Shown piece by piece: positions 14,175-25,089 of a stretch of 32,000 nt of DNA; the stretch's first letter is position 1; every line of letters begins with the position of its first letter. A program made the position numbers and the translations under genes. Below the pieces are notes generated by a model. That model did not search any database. It saw only the letters and a list, made by a program, of their open reading frames with translations, and was not told the origin of the DNA. This DNA is from Bacillus subtilis subsp. subtilis str. 168 (GTDB lineage Bacteria > Bacillota > Bacilli > Bacillales > Bacillaceae): the NCBI RefSeq assembly GCF_000009045.1, contig NC_000964.3:3780001-3812000 (forward strand). The letters are read 5' to 3'.

Positions 14175-14609
14175 CGCTTTTTTCATCAAAACGGCTCCTT
14201 CTGTTTGCCGCGATTCACAGAAGTGATCAGAAGAAAACAGCTCCTCCGGTACACTCTCAGCTCTTTCAAAACCCATGGCCGTCAGAAAGTCCGCAGAGGA
14301 ATGCTGATTTGCTACTAGGTACACGGTTTTGATCTGATGCTTTTCGCACAGCACCTCCATGCTTTGAAAAAGCGTGACGATGTGGCCTTGGTGAAGCTTG
14401 TCCGATATGACAAGTGATCGCAGCAGCCCCTGGTCACAGCTTATTTTTTCAATACCGAGGCATCCGGCAATGTTTTTCTCACTGTCCTCCAGCATAAGAA
14501 ATTGAGTGAAGCCTTCTTTCACGCCTTCATAGCTGGTTTTTGCCTGTTTTAAAAATGCCTCGAGCACATCTCCGTCTTTTTCCCTTGCCACCCGCAGTTG
14601 ATAAAACAT
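14166..14609 (-). CDS. ywlB: 147-aa protein YwlB, GNAT-like (N-acetyltransferase fold) by appearance, function unknown
   Basis: ORF 14166..14654 trimmed to ATG 14609 (MFYQLRVAREKDG...) behind a GGGGTGA RBS. Confidence 0.85.
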   Translation of the reverse strand: MFYQLRVAREKDGDVLEAFLKQAKTSYEGVKEGFTQFLMLEDSEKNIAGCLGIEKISCDQGLLRSLVISDKLHQGHIVTLFQSMEVLCEKHQIKTVYLVANQHSSADFLTAMGFERAESVPEELFSSDHFCESRQTEGAVLMKKASG

Positions 14610-14675
14610 CCGTTCACCCCGTTTTTGCGTTCTTTCTTCCAATCTATGAGGCAAATCTATTTTTAGACCAGATGA

Positions 14676-15350
14676 TTAGGAAAAAAGGTCGGAAATCCAT
14701 TCGACTAAAAAGAATTTCACTTCTGTGCCGTCTTCTTTTTCTTCGTTCTCTTCTTTTTTGGCTTTTTCCGCTTTAGCGGTTACGTCCTCAAGCACTTTTT
14801 CAGTCTGCTTTTTTGAGGCTTCTTTATCTTCTTGTTCTTTGACGGCTTCCCCGTTAGAAAAATCAAGAAAGCAGAGGGGCGGGAACAGCACACACCACCA
14901 GTTGGCGCCGTCTCCGTTTCCAAGCGTAATCAAAATCGCTTCATACTCACCAGCGGGATATACCATGTTGCCGTAAAGCTTTGTCGGAAACGAGATTTTG
15001 TCAAAATCAACGGATATCGACTGATTCGCTCCTTCTTTCTCCATTGTTTCCTTTGCAATTGCTTTGATTTCAGGCAGCTTTGAACGAATCACGCGACGCG
15101 CTTCTTCAATAGAAGTAATATCCTTTACCCAAGTTGTGATTTCTTTATTCACCGCGTCTCTTATATGACGTTTTAATTGCTGGTCTTGATCACTATCGCT
15201 GTTTGCCAGTATTCTCAAACGAATCGCCTGATCAGGTATGACCACCGGCTGATTTTCCGATTTTTGTGCCGTCTCTTCTTTTGCCAGCCCTACGAGCGCT
15301 CCGGATAATAAAAGAAAGATATATATACAAATGATTACTGTTTTTTTCAT
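14676..15350 (-). CDS. spoIIR: stage II sporulation protein R (forespore signal that activates SpoIIGA / pro-sigma-E processing)
   Basis: ORF 14676..15401 trimmed to ATG 15350 (MKKTVIICIYIFLLLSG..., a signal peptide) behind a GGTGGGGA RBS. 224 aa. Confidence 0.95.
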   Translation of the reverse strand: MKKTVIICIYIFLLLSGALVGLAKEETAQKSENQPVVIPDQAIRLRILANSDSDQDQQLKRHIRDAVNKEITTWVKDITSIEEARRVIRSKLPEIKAIAKETMEKEGANQSISVDFDKISFPTKLYGNMVYPAGEYEAILITLGNGDGANWWCVLFPPLCFLDFSNGEAVKEQEDKEASKKQTEKVLEDVTAKAEKAKKEENEEKEDGTEVKFFLVEWISDLFS

Positions 15351-15389
15351 CGGTCCCCACCGTTCCTCTCCGTGCTTTGTTTCTAGCCC

Positions 15390-15419
15390 TATTATGGACA
15401 AGGAGAGCCTGGGATAAAC
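15390..15419 (-). promoter_or_regulatory. forespore-type (sigma-F/G) promoter for spoIIR: -35 GTTTA (15419-15415), -10 CATAATA (15396-15390), 18-bp spacer
   Basis: Motifs read on the minus strand about 40 nt upstream of the ATG. They resemble the GHATR-18-CATnHTA forespore consensus as I recall it. Confidence 0.55.
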
Positions 15420-15490
15420 GTGCAGGGTGAAAAAAATCTAGCAAGCTGTTAATCTTATTTATGGTACGATAGTGTTTTAGGAGGTTTAAG

Positions 15491-15853
15491 ATGAAATACA
15501 ATTATACAGTGCTGTTATCAGCATTCACGATGTCCGTTCTTTATTCAGTAATTTATATTCATTCATTTATCATTGCCGCTCTCATCACAATGGCATTTTA
15601 TTTTCTGTTTCCTTATTTGATCTTCGCACTGCCGCTTCAAATCATGATGAATAAAAAGCCGAAACGTTTCAGCCCTTTGTATCTGCTGTATTACCTTGCC
15701 GCTGCTTTTATTGCCAACGCGATCATTTTCGGCATGCTTCAGCCTTCGGGACAATCTCTGTTTCAAAATACAGCCTTTTATCTTTTCGCTGTATTAACAG
15801 CTCTTATCTATTGGATATGGGATTCTGTTTTACTGCAAAAAAAGGAAGCCTAA
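15491..15853 (+). CDS. ywlA: 120-aa membrane protein YwlA (UPF0715-like), function unknown
   Basis: ORF track. AGGAGG RBS lies 6 nt upstream of the ATG. About four hydrophobic segments. Confidence 0.85.
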   Translation: MKYNYTVLLSAFTMSVLYSVIYIHSFIIAALITMAFYFLFPYLIFALPLQIMMNKKPKRFSPLYLLYYLAAAFIANAIIFGMLQPSGQSLFQNTAFYLFAVLTALIYWIWDSVLLQKKEA

Positions 15854-15868
15854 GAGGCTTCCTTTTTT
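15837..15868. terminator. bidirectional terminator shared by ywlA (+) and ywkF (-)
   Basis: A7-GGAAGCC-taaga-GGCTTCC-T6. The ywlA TAA stop sits in the loop. Confidence 0.8.
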
Positions 15869-15869
15869 A

Positions 15870-16157
15870 TTAAAACAAAATCGTCAGTAAATAACATAGA
15901 ATGGAAGGTATCGCCGCAACAAAGAAAGCGGCCGCCATTTTCATGCGAGATGTACGGCCTTCTTTGGTTTCTGAATGGTAGTTTGCCCGCTGATCGCTTC
16001 CGCTTACAGCCAAACCCGATGTAATGATCGCGAGCCCCACTAAAACGAGAGACGCAACGCCAAAAATCGCTTCATATGAAAGAGCCTGCGGAAAAATGGT
16101 GCCAATCATGCTCTCAATCGCAATGAGCAGGATTCCTGCTGTCAGGGCCTTTTTCAT
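15870..16157 (-). CDS. ywkF: 95-aa small membrane protein YwkF, function unknown
   Basis: ORF 15870..16211 trimmed to ATG 16157 ([11 protein letters not shown]...) behind an AAAGGGGA RBS. Confidence 0.75.
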
Positions 16158-16216
16158 GTTTACATCCCCTTTGCTGGTGTTAAACAGCTTGATCCATTCA
16201 CTCGCCAGCAAGCTGC

Positions 16217-17083
16217 TTATTTATTTTTATGAATCAGAGCGCATATGGTTCTGTCTTTTCCATTAATATCTTTCAGCACTTCCACTTCCGCCCCCTTAAA
16301 CGCCTTGAGGATCAGGTCTTTGACCGCCGCTCCCTGTTTCCAGCCGATTTCAAAAACGACAAATACTTTATCCTTCATAACAAGCGGAATGTCTTCCATA
16401 AACCGCTTATAAAATTTCAGCCCGTCTCCGCCATCGGTGAGTGCGTGCAGCGGCTCATGAAAACGGACAATTTCCGATAAATCAGCCATTTCTTCCTCTG
16501 AAATATATGGCGGGTTTGAGACAATGATATCCGCTTTTTTTCCCGCCTTAATAAAAGGCTCAAGCAGATCGCCCTGATAAAAGCGCACATTCGCTCCGAG
16601 TTTTTCTGCATTGGCAGAGGCGACTTGCAGCGCCTCTTTCGAAATATCGACCGCCGACACAGAAAAGCTTTGGTTTTCAAGCGCAAGCGTGACGGCTATT
16701 GCGCCGCTCCCTGTACCAACGTCAACAACTTCGAGCTTGCCGTCTTCAGAAAAAACACTCCGATATTTTTCAAGCAAATGAAAGACAACTTCTTCAGTTT
16801 CCGGCCGCGGGATCAGCACATCATCATTCACCATAAATTCCCGTCCATAAAAAAACTCTTTTCCTATAATGTATTGAACCGGCACGCCCTCTTTATGCAT
16901 CTCAACGTGACGCTTAAAGCGATACAGTTCGTCTTCACCAATCGGTTCCTGTAAGCTTGCGAGCAGCTTGCTTCTCTCCATTCCGGTATCATAAAGCAAT
17001 AGGAGCTCGGCCGCATTTTCTTCTCTTCCCGCTTCGGTTAAATAAGAAGAAGCCCATTTCAGGGCTTCGAATATCGTCTTCAT
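16217..17083 (-). CDS. prmC: release-factor glutamine N5-methyltransferase (HemK/PrmC)
   Basis: ORF 16217..17128 trimmed to ATG 17083, 1 nt after the prfA TAA. 288 aa. NPPY motif and [11 protein letters not shown] motif are present. Confidence 0.95.
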
Positions 17084-17084
17084 C

Positions 17085-18155
17085 TTAACCTTCCGACTGC
17101 TGAAGCTTGCTTGCCTGATCTTCAACAATCAGCGCTTCAACCACTTCGTCAAGTTTTCCTTCAAGAATCTGATCAAGCTTTTGAATCGTCAAACCGATTC
17201 TGTGATCCGTCACACGGTTTTGCGGGAAGTTGTATGTGCGGATACGTTCAGAGCGGTCACCAGATCCGACTGCTGATTTCCGTGTTTGATCATATTCAGC
17301 CTGGGCTTCCTGCTGAAATTTATCATAGATTCTGGCACGGAGAACCTTCATTGCTTTTTCTTTGTTCTTAATTTGAGATTTTTCATCCTGGCATGATACA
17401 ACAACACCTGTCGGCAAGTGAGTCAGACGAACCGCAGACATTGTTGTGTTAACGCTTTGTCCGCCCGGTCCGCTTGAAGCAAATGTATCGACACGGATAT
17501 CCTTCTCATGGATGTCGACCTCTACCTCTTCTGCCTCAGGAAGACATGCCACTGTTGCAGTGGATGTATGGATGCGTCCGCCTGATTCTGTTTCCGGAAC
17601 ACGCTGTACGCGGTGGGCGCCGTTTTCATATTTGAGTTTAGAATACGCGCCGCTTCCTGTAATCATAAAGATGATCTCTTTGTAGCCGCCCGTTCCGGTT
17701 ACATTCGCTTCCATGACCTCTGTTTTCCAGCCCTGAAGCTCAGCATAACGGGAATACATTCTGTACAGATTGCCCGCGAATAAAGCGGCTTCCTCGCCTC
17801 CCGCAGCCCCGCGGATCTCCATGATAACGTTTTTGTCGTCATTAGGATCTTTCGGGATCAGGAGCACCTTCAGCCGTTCTGACAGTGTTTCCGTTTCCTT
17901 CTGAAGTTCAGAAATCTCTTCCTTCACCATGTCGCGCATCTCAGCATCCAGCTTCTCTTCAAGCATCGCTTTTGCATCAGCCAGCTGTTCTGACGCATCT
18001 CTGTATTGTCTATATACGTCAACTGTTTCTTGTATATCAGATTGCTCTTTTGAATATTCTCTTAGCTTTTTCGGATCGTTGACTACTTCTGGATCGCTCA
18101 AAAGCTCATTTAATTTCTCGTATCGTTCTTCAATTGATTTTAAACGGTCTAACAC
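17085..18155 (-). CDS. prfA: peptide chain release factor 1
   Basis: ORF 17085..18164 trimmed to GTG 18155, because the GTG at 18164 lies inside the AGAGGTGA RBS. 356 aa. GGQ motif (SGPGGQSVN) is present. Confidence 0.96.
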   Translation of the reverse strand: MLDRLKSIEERYEKLNELLSDPEVVNDPKKLREYSKEQSDIQETVDVYRQYRDASEQLADAKAMLEEKLDAEMRDMVKEEISELQKETETLSERLKVLLIPKDPNDDKNVIMEIRGAAGGEEAALFAGNLYRMYSRYAELQGWKTEVMEANVTGTGGYKEIIFMITGSGAYSKLKYENGAHRVQRVPETESGGRIHTSTATVACLPEAEEVEVDIHEKDIRVDTFASSGPGGQSVNTTMSAVRLTHLPTGVVVSCQDEKSQIKNKEKAMKVLRARIYDKFQQEAQAEYDQTRKSAVGSGDRSERIRTYNFPQNRVTDHRIGLTIQKLDQILEGKLDEVVEALIVEDQASKLQQSEG

Positions 18156-18191
18156 GGTCTTCACCTCTGTTTTCCTGTGCGTAACATTCTC

Positions 18192-18220
18192 ATTATAGTA
18201 TAGTGATTAACCCCAGTCAA
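18192..18220 (-). promoter_or_regulatory. sigma-A promoter for prfA-prmC: -35 TTGACT (18220-18215), 17-bp spacer, -10 TATAAT (18197-18192)
   Basis: Near-consensus hexamers with ideal spacing, about 37 nt upstream of the GTG start. Confidence 0.7.
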
Positions 18221-18280
18221 AAGCATTTCAATCCCAGCTGGAAAAGCTCCCTCTGCTATACTGGAATTCGAGGAGGGATG

Positions 18281-18667
18281 ATGTTGCTGAAATCCATACA
18301 TCATATTGCAATCATATGTTCAGATTACGAAAAGTCGAAAGCTTTCTACGTACATAAGCTTGGTTTTCAGGTGATTCAAGAAACGTACCGCGAAGAGCGC
18401 GGCTCCTATAAGCTTGATTTGTCGCTTAACGGCTCGTATGTCATTGAGCTGTTCTCGTTTCCCGATCCGCCCGAACGACAAACCCGGCCTGAAGCCGCAG
18501 GCCTGCGCCACCTCGCCTTTACAGTCGGCAGCTTGGATAAAGCTGTTCAAGAGCTTCATGAAAAAGGAATCGAAACAGAGCCAATCAGAACAGATCCGCT
18601 GACCGGCAAGCGTTTCACCTTCTTTTTTGATCCTGACCAGCTTCCATTAGAACTGTATGAACAATAA
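18281..18667 (+). CDS. ywkD: VOC/glyoxalase-bleomycin-resistance family protein YwkD
   Basis: ORF 18203..18667 trimmed to the ATG pair 18278/18281 just after the GAGGAGGG RBS (TTG 18284 is also possible). About 128 aa. VOC-fold N-terminus (IHHIAIICSDYEKSKAFY). Confidence 0.88.
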   Translation: MLLKSIHHIAIICSDYEKSKAFYVHKLGFQVIQETYREERGSYKLDLSLNGSYVIELFSFPDPPERQTRPEAAGLRHLAFTVGSLDKAVQELHEKGIETEPIRTDPLTGKRFTFFFDPDQLPLELYEQ

Positions 18668-18683
18668 CAGTTTTTGAAGAAAA

Positions 18684-18760
18684 AAAGGAGATACCCACTT
18701 TCTTTGCCGAATCTTTTCTTGTTTTGTCTAACGGGAAGGGAACCGCATTCTATGGTCGAA
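18684..18760 (+). promoter_or_regulatory. racA control region: sigma-H-like promoter plus three same-orientation Spo0A-box-like motifs
   Basis: AAAGGAGAT (18684-92), 13-nt spacer, GCCGAATCT (18706-14), compared with RnAGGAwww-11/12-RnnGAATww. 0A-like boxes are TTTGCCGAA (18703-11), TTTGTCTAA (18723-31) and GGTCGAA (18754-60). Confidence 0.4.
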
Positions 18761-18788
18761 TACCTAGCTTAAAAGGAGGTATGGGATC

Positions 18789-19343
18789 ATGAATACAAAT
18801 ATGGTAGCAAGTGAACTCGGCGTCTCCGCAAAGACGGTGCAGCGGTGGGTGAAGCAGCTGAATCTTCCGGCCGAACGCAATGAGCTCGGACACTATTCGT
18901 TCACGGCAGAAGACGTGAAGGTTCTAAAATCCGTTCAAAAACAAATCTCTGAAGGCACGGCGATTCAGGATATTCATCTGCCGAAAAGCGCTAAAAAGCG
19001 CACAGGCTTCCTTGTCCAAAAAACAAGTAGCGACACAGAACGAAGAATCGAGCAGCTTGAACAAAAGCTGGACACCCTTTTACAGCAAAGGCAGGACGAA
19101 AGCGAATTGATGGCAAGGATGTCGGAACTGGAACGCCAGCTGAAACAAAAAGCCGATGAAGGTGTATCTTACCAGCTGCTTCAGCACCGCAGAGAAATCG
19201 ATGATATTCTTGCAGATCTGCAATCACTGACCTCACAAATGAAAGAATTCACCGCTCATTCGATCCCCGAGACTGCTGCTGCTTCTGAAAAAACCAAAAC
19301 AAGAAAAAAACCGCTGCTGTCACTGTTCAAATTTCAAACCTAA
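18789..19343 (+). CDS. racA: chromosome-anchoring protein RacA (MerR-type HTH plus coiled coil)
   Basis: 184-aa ORF with AAAGGAGG RBS. N-terminal HTH ([20 protein letters not shown]) and a Q/E/L-rich coiled-coil C-terminal half. Confidence 0.95.
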
Positions 19344-19346
19344 AGC

Positions 19347-19375
19347 AAAAAGCTCCCTTAAAGGGAGCTTTTTTT
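19347..19375. terminator. bidirectional terminator shared by racA (+) and ywkB (-)
   Basis: AAAAAGCTCCCT-taa-AGGGAGCTTTTTTT. Confidence 0.85.
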
Positions 19376-19376
19376 G

Positions 19377-20336
19377 TTACGCAGTAAGCGCGATAATGAT
19401 TGGAAGTGAAATCAATGACAGAATCGCACTGACCACAAACGCAGTTGCAGTTTCTTCTTCTTGTTTCTCGAAACGAGTCGCAATCATGGCTGCAACGGCA
19501 GAACCAGGGAATGCAACAAGAAGGATTGCTTTTGTTGTTTGGTCAGCTGGAAGTCCGATAGCAAGAGCAATCAGGAACATTAACGCAGGCTGAACCGCAA
19601 CTTTTAGTAACGCAATACCGATAGCCGGCATACTGAGTTTAATTTTACGAATACCAACGGTAACACCAACAGCGAAGAGAGCAACACCAGATGTTGTGCT
19701 TCCAAGCTGATCAAGCATTTTAACACCCAGCTCAGGAAGAGTGAAATTGAAAACCAGCACCAAGATCATACTGATTAACGGAGCAGCTGCAAGCGGCTCA
19801 CAAAGACCATGCAGGATTGATTTTCCTGTCATCTTCCAGAAGCTGTCGCCACTCTCTTCGTTTTTCTTAGAAGACTCACCAACAGTAGCGATAATGATCG
19901 CGAGCGGATCAAGAATCGCGTTAACCACGATACCTGTGACCGCGATCGGAATCGCAACTTCATTCGCTCCGAATAAGCTTCCCAATACCGGGATACCCAT
20001 AAATGCGAATGTCGGCTGTGCAGAGTTCAAAGAAAATACAGATGAGTTCGTTAAATCATACTTGAATATAAATCTGCAAACCAAAAGAATGATGATATAG
20101 AAACCAACAATCCCAATAATTAAAGAAATCATTAAAGGTACTTGTGATAAAAATTCACTTCTGGAAGTTGTCAAAATACCAGCGATAAAGTGAGCTGGAA
20201 GTGCGTATTTCGTTACTAACGTACTTACCCCTTTTGCCGACTTGGCATCATAACTTCCAAAATGTCCTGCAAACCAACCCAGCACGATAACAAAGAAGAT
20301 CGGCGCCAGGAGGATTAAGATATCTAAGATGCTCAA
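19377..20336 (-). CDS. ywkB: auxin-efflux-carrier (AEC) family transporter YwkB
   Basis: ORF 19377..20351 trimmed to TTG 20336, 6 nt after the GGAGGAG RBS (the TTG at 20351 overlaps the RBS). 319 aa, polytopic. Confidence 0.9.
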
Positions 20337-20417
20337 AATATTCTCCTCCAAATCCTATGTCCGTATACTTTAGCTTTACAAAAAGCTTTCCCTCGGACAG
20401 AAAAATTTACTCGCTAA

Positions 20418-22169
<1,752 letters not shown>

Positions 22170-22251
22170 AAATATGACCGATCATGATCTTTATGCGACT
22201 TTGTGACAATTATTCGAACAATGTCTCAAAACTATTTACATTACGTAAGCT

Positions 22252-22280
22252 ATTGTATGCCTGTCAAAATCAAAATTCAA
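22252..22280 (-). promoter_or_regulatory. candidate sigma-A promoter for maeA-ywkB: -35 TTGAAT (22280-22275), 17-bp spacer, -10 TACAAT (22257-22252)
   Basis: Read on the minus strand, immediately downstream of the direct repeats at 22297-22329. Confidence 0.5.
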
Positions 22281-22296
22281 GAGAAGAAAATTACTT

Positions 22297-22329
22297 AATT
22301 TTTTAATATACTTATTTAAATTTTTTAAT
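22297..22329. repeat. two copies of the 11-bp direct repeat AATTTTTTAAT with start-to-start spacing of 22 bp, upstream of the maeA promoter
   Basis: Identical 11-mers at 22297-22307 and 22319-22329. Each is nearly palindromic (minus strand reads ATTAAAAAATT). Confidence 0.6.
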
Positions 22330-22347
22330 TGAATATTATCAGAATAT

Positions 22348-22377
22348 AAAAAAAACACCGGTGTTTTTAGCCGGTGC
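22348..22377 (-). terminator. rho-independent terminator of tdk
   Basis: Minus strand: CACCGG-cuaaaaaca-CCGGUG followed by U8. Confidence 0.7.
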
Positions 22378-22404
22378 ATTCTATCTTTATACCCATGTTT
22401 TGGA

Positions 22405-22992
22405 CTATTTTTTAGATTTACCTGGGACTTCGTGATGATGTCTGCATCTTGCTTCATATGATTCAGCTGCACCAACCAAAATGACCGGATCATCGTAAGA
22501 AGCAGGTTTGCCGTCAATGAGGCGCTGTGTTCTGCTCGCCGGTGATCCGCAAACAGAACAGACGGCTTGCAGCTTTGTCACACTTTCCGCAATCGCCATG
22601 ATATTCGGGACGACACCGAACGGCTCTCCCCTAAAATCCATATCAAGGCCTGCTGCTATCACACGGTAGCCTTTATCGGCAAGAGATGATAAAACCTCAA
22701 CAATTTCCTGATCAAAAAACTGCACTTCATCAACCGCAACCACATCTGTACTTTCACTGATGTGATCCCAAATGTCCGCAGCAGACGAAATGGCATAGCT
22801 CGTCATCGATGTTCCATTATGGGAGACAACAGCAGCTTCGCTGTATCGGTTATCAATTACAGGCTTAAATACCCTGACTTCCTGCTTGGCATAAGTTGCT
22901 CTCTTCACTCTTCTGATCAGCTCTTCAGATTTCCCCGAGAACATGCTGCCGCAAATCAGCTCAAGCCACCCGCTTTGTTTCATTATGTACAT
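22405..22992 (-). CDS. tdk: thymidine kinase
   Basis: 195-aa ORF with P-loop GSMFSGKS and a C-terminal Zn-ribbon (CxxC ... CRxH). GGGGAG RBS. Confidence 0.96.
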
Positions 22993-23035
22993 AGGCTTCG
23001 CTCCCCTCTCTCTGCCAGCTGTGTTTTAGACAATA

Positions 23036-23067
23036 TAAAAAACAGGCAAGACTGCTGCTTGCCTGTT
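23036..23067 (-). terminator. rho-independent terminator of rpmE
   Basis: Minus strand: AACAGGCAAG-cagcagu-CUUGCCUGUU followed by UUUUAUAUU. Confidence 0.8.
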
Positions 23068-23080
23068 GAGAAATCTATTA

Positions 23081-23392
<312 letters not shown>

Positions 23393-23399
23393 ATACAAT

Positions 23400-24683
23400 T
23401 TACCTTCTTGCAGATGATAGATTTGCCTGTTTCCATTCTTGATTGAGAATATCGAAAAATTCCTGGTTTGTTTTGGTTTTTTTCATTTTTCTCATGAACT
23501 TTTCTGCGAAATCAGGTGAATCAGACATCGTTTTGCGGATAGACCATAAACGATCAAGATGCTCTTTAGGCACAAGCAGCTCTTCTTTGCGCGTTCCTGA
23601 ACGGCGGATATCGATGGCAGGGAAGATGCGGCGCTCGGCAAGAGAGCGGTCAAGATGGAGCTCCATGTTGCCTGTTCCCTTGAATTCTTCATAAATGACA
23701 TCATCCATACGTGAACCTGTATCGACCAGAGCCGTAGCAAGGATGGTTAAGCTGCCGCCCTCTTCGATATTTCTCGCAGCCCCAAAGAAGCGTTTCGGAC
23801 GGTGGAACGCCGCTGGGTCAATCCCCCCGGAAAGCGTTCTTCCACTTGGCGGAATCACTAAGTTGTAGGCGCGGGCAAGACGTGTGATGCTGTCCATCAG
23901 GATAATGACGTCTTTTTTGTGTTCCACGAGACGCATCGCACGTTCAAGCACAAGCTCGGCCACTTTGATATGGTTTTCCGGCACTTCATCAAACGTTGAG
24001 CTGACGACATCCCCAGCTACAGAGCGCTCGATATCGGTTACTTCCTCAGGTCTTTCGTCAATTAAAAGCACGATCAGCTCTGCTTCAGGCTGGTTCGCTG
24101 TAATGCTGTTGGCAATTTCCTTCAGCAACATCGTTTTTCCGGCTTTCGGCGGCGCAACAATCAATCCGCGCTGCCCAAATCCAACCGGCGCCATCATGTC
24201 CATAATTCTTGTAGACAAGAAGTTCGGCTTTGTTTCAAGCACCATTTGACGATCCGGATAAAGTGGCGTAAGAGCCGGGAAATGCACACGCTCTTTTGCA
24301 GATTCGGGATCATCCCCATTTACTGCTTCAACGTGCAAAAGTCCATAGTAACGCTCATTTTCTTTTGGCGGGCGAACCTTGCCAGATACTTTGTCTCCGT
24401 TCCGCAAATCGAAACGGCGGATTTGTGAAGCTGAGATGTAAATGTCTTCTGAGCTTGGAGAGTAGTTGATCGGTCTCAGGAATCCGAAACCTTCAGACTG
24501 GATGATCTCGAGAACGCCTTCCATAAACAGCAGATCTTCCTGTTCTGCATTCGCTTTCAGAATGGCGAAAATGAGTTCTTTTTTTGTCAGTTTGCTGTAA
24601 TAGGAGATTTTATAATGTCTTGCAAGTTCATAAAGCTCTTTCAATTTCATATTTTCCAAAGAGGAAATAGATACGTCTTTCAT
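23400..24683 (-). CDS. rho: transcription termination factor Rho
   Basis: 427-aa ORF with an N-terminal Rho RNA-binding domain and Walker A APPKAGKT. Confidence 0.98.
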   Translation of the reverse strand: MKDVSISSLENMKLKELYELARHYKISYYSKLTKKELIFAILKANAEQEDLLFMEGVLEIIQSEGFGFLRPINYSPSSEDIYISASQIRRFDLRNGDKVSGKVRPPKENERYYGLLHVEAVNGDDPESAKERVHFPALTPLYPDRQMVLETKPNFLSTRIMDMMAPVGFGQRGLIVAPPKAGKTMLLKEIANSITANQPEAELIVLLIDERPEEVTDIERSVAGDVVSSTFDEVPENHIKVAELVLERAMRLVEHKKDVIILMDSITRLARAYNLVIPPSGRTLSGGIDPAAFHRPKRFFGAARNIEEGGSLTILATALVDTGSRMDDVIYEEFKGTGNMELHLDRSLAERRIFPAIDIRRSGTRKEELLVPKEHLDRLWSIRKTMSDSPDFAEKFMRKMKKTKTNQEFFDILNQEWKQANLSSARR

Positions 24684-24980
24684 AAAAACACCACGCTTTT
24701 CATAGTCAATATCTTACTCTGAACATGTCATCTGCTGCTTTTGCACAACATCCGCCAAAGCACATTCTTTTTTTAACATAAAGGAACTTCTATCGGTAAC
24801 ACTTCCACCCATGATCGGCGCTTTTGTTAAAAGGATTGTCTTAATGAGTTTTGAAGGAAGCGAGGACAAAAACATGAGAAGATCAATACTTATATCGTCT
24901 GTATGCGGTAGAAATTGAAACTTTCCTAGTGCTTAAAAGAAGGTATTACGCAGTAAAATTCGCAGCACTCTTTATTTTTA

Positions 24981-25014
24981 CCTTATTTCAAAAAATTATT
25001 CAACTGAAATAAGG
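24981..25014. other. perfect 10-bp inverted repeat in the rho upstream region
   Basis: CCTTATTTCA (24981-90) / TGAAATAAGG (25005-14) with a 14-nt loop. On the plus strand it is followed by TTTTGA. Confidence 0.4.
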
Positions 25015-25058
25015 TTTTGACACGGAATTGATAGAGTTGACGCTTTTCTGCAAAAGTT

Positions 25059-25083
25059 AAAGCGGGCTCACACCCGCTTTTTC
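25059..25083. terminator. GC-rich hairpin just downstream of the glpX stop; the canonical T-tract is on the plus-strand side
   Basis: AAAGCGGG-ctcaca-CCCGCTTT. The plus strand continues TTCTGTTTG, and the minus strand continues AACUUUUGC. Confidence 0.5.
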
Positions 25084-25089
25084 TGTTTG

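Noticed and set aside
14118-14318. 66-aa plus-strand ORF starting in the DnaA-box cluster (MDNANKEVDKYVYKLH...).
   Set aside because: It starts at a GTG that is itself part of a DnaA box. It has no RBS and mostly overlaps ywlB on the opposite strand.
22236-22517. 93-aa minus-strand ORF covering the maeA promoter region and the tdk 3' end.
   Set aside because: It overlaps tdk out of frame, crosses the tdk terminator, is AT-rich and Lys/Asn/Leu-rich, and has no RBS.
24714-24875. 53-codon minus-strand ORF inside the rho leader (MFLSSLPSKLIKT...).
   Set aside because: It has no RBS before the ATG (..GUAUUGAUCUUCUC AUG), and the sequence is not protein-like. I treat it as non-coding leader, noted under the rho-leader finding.
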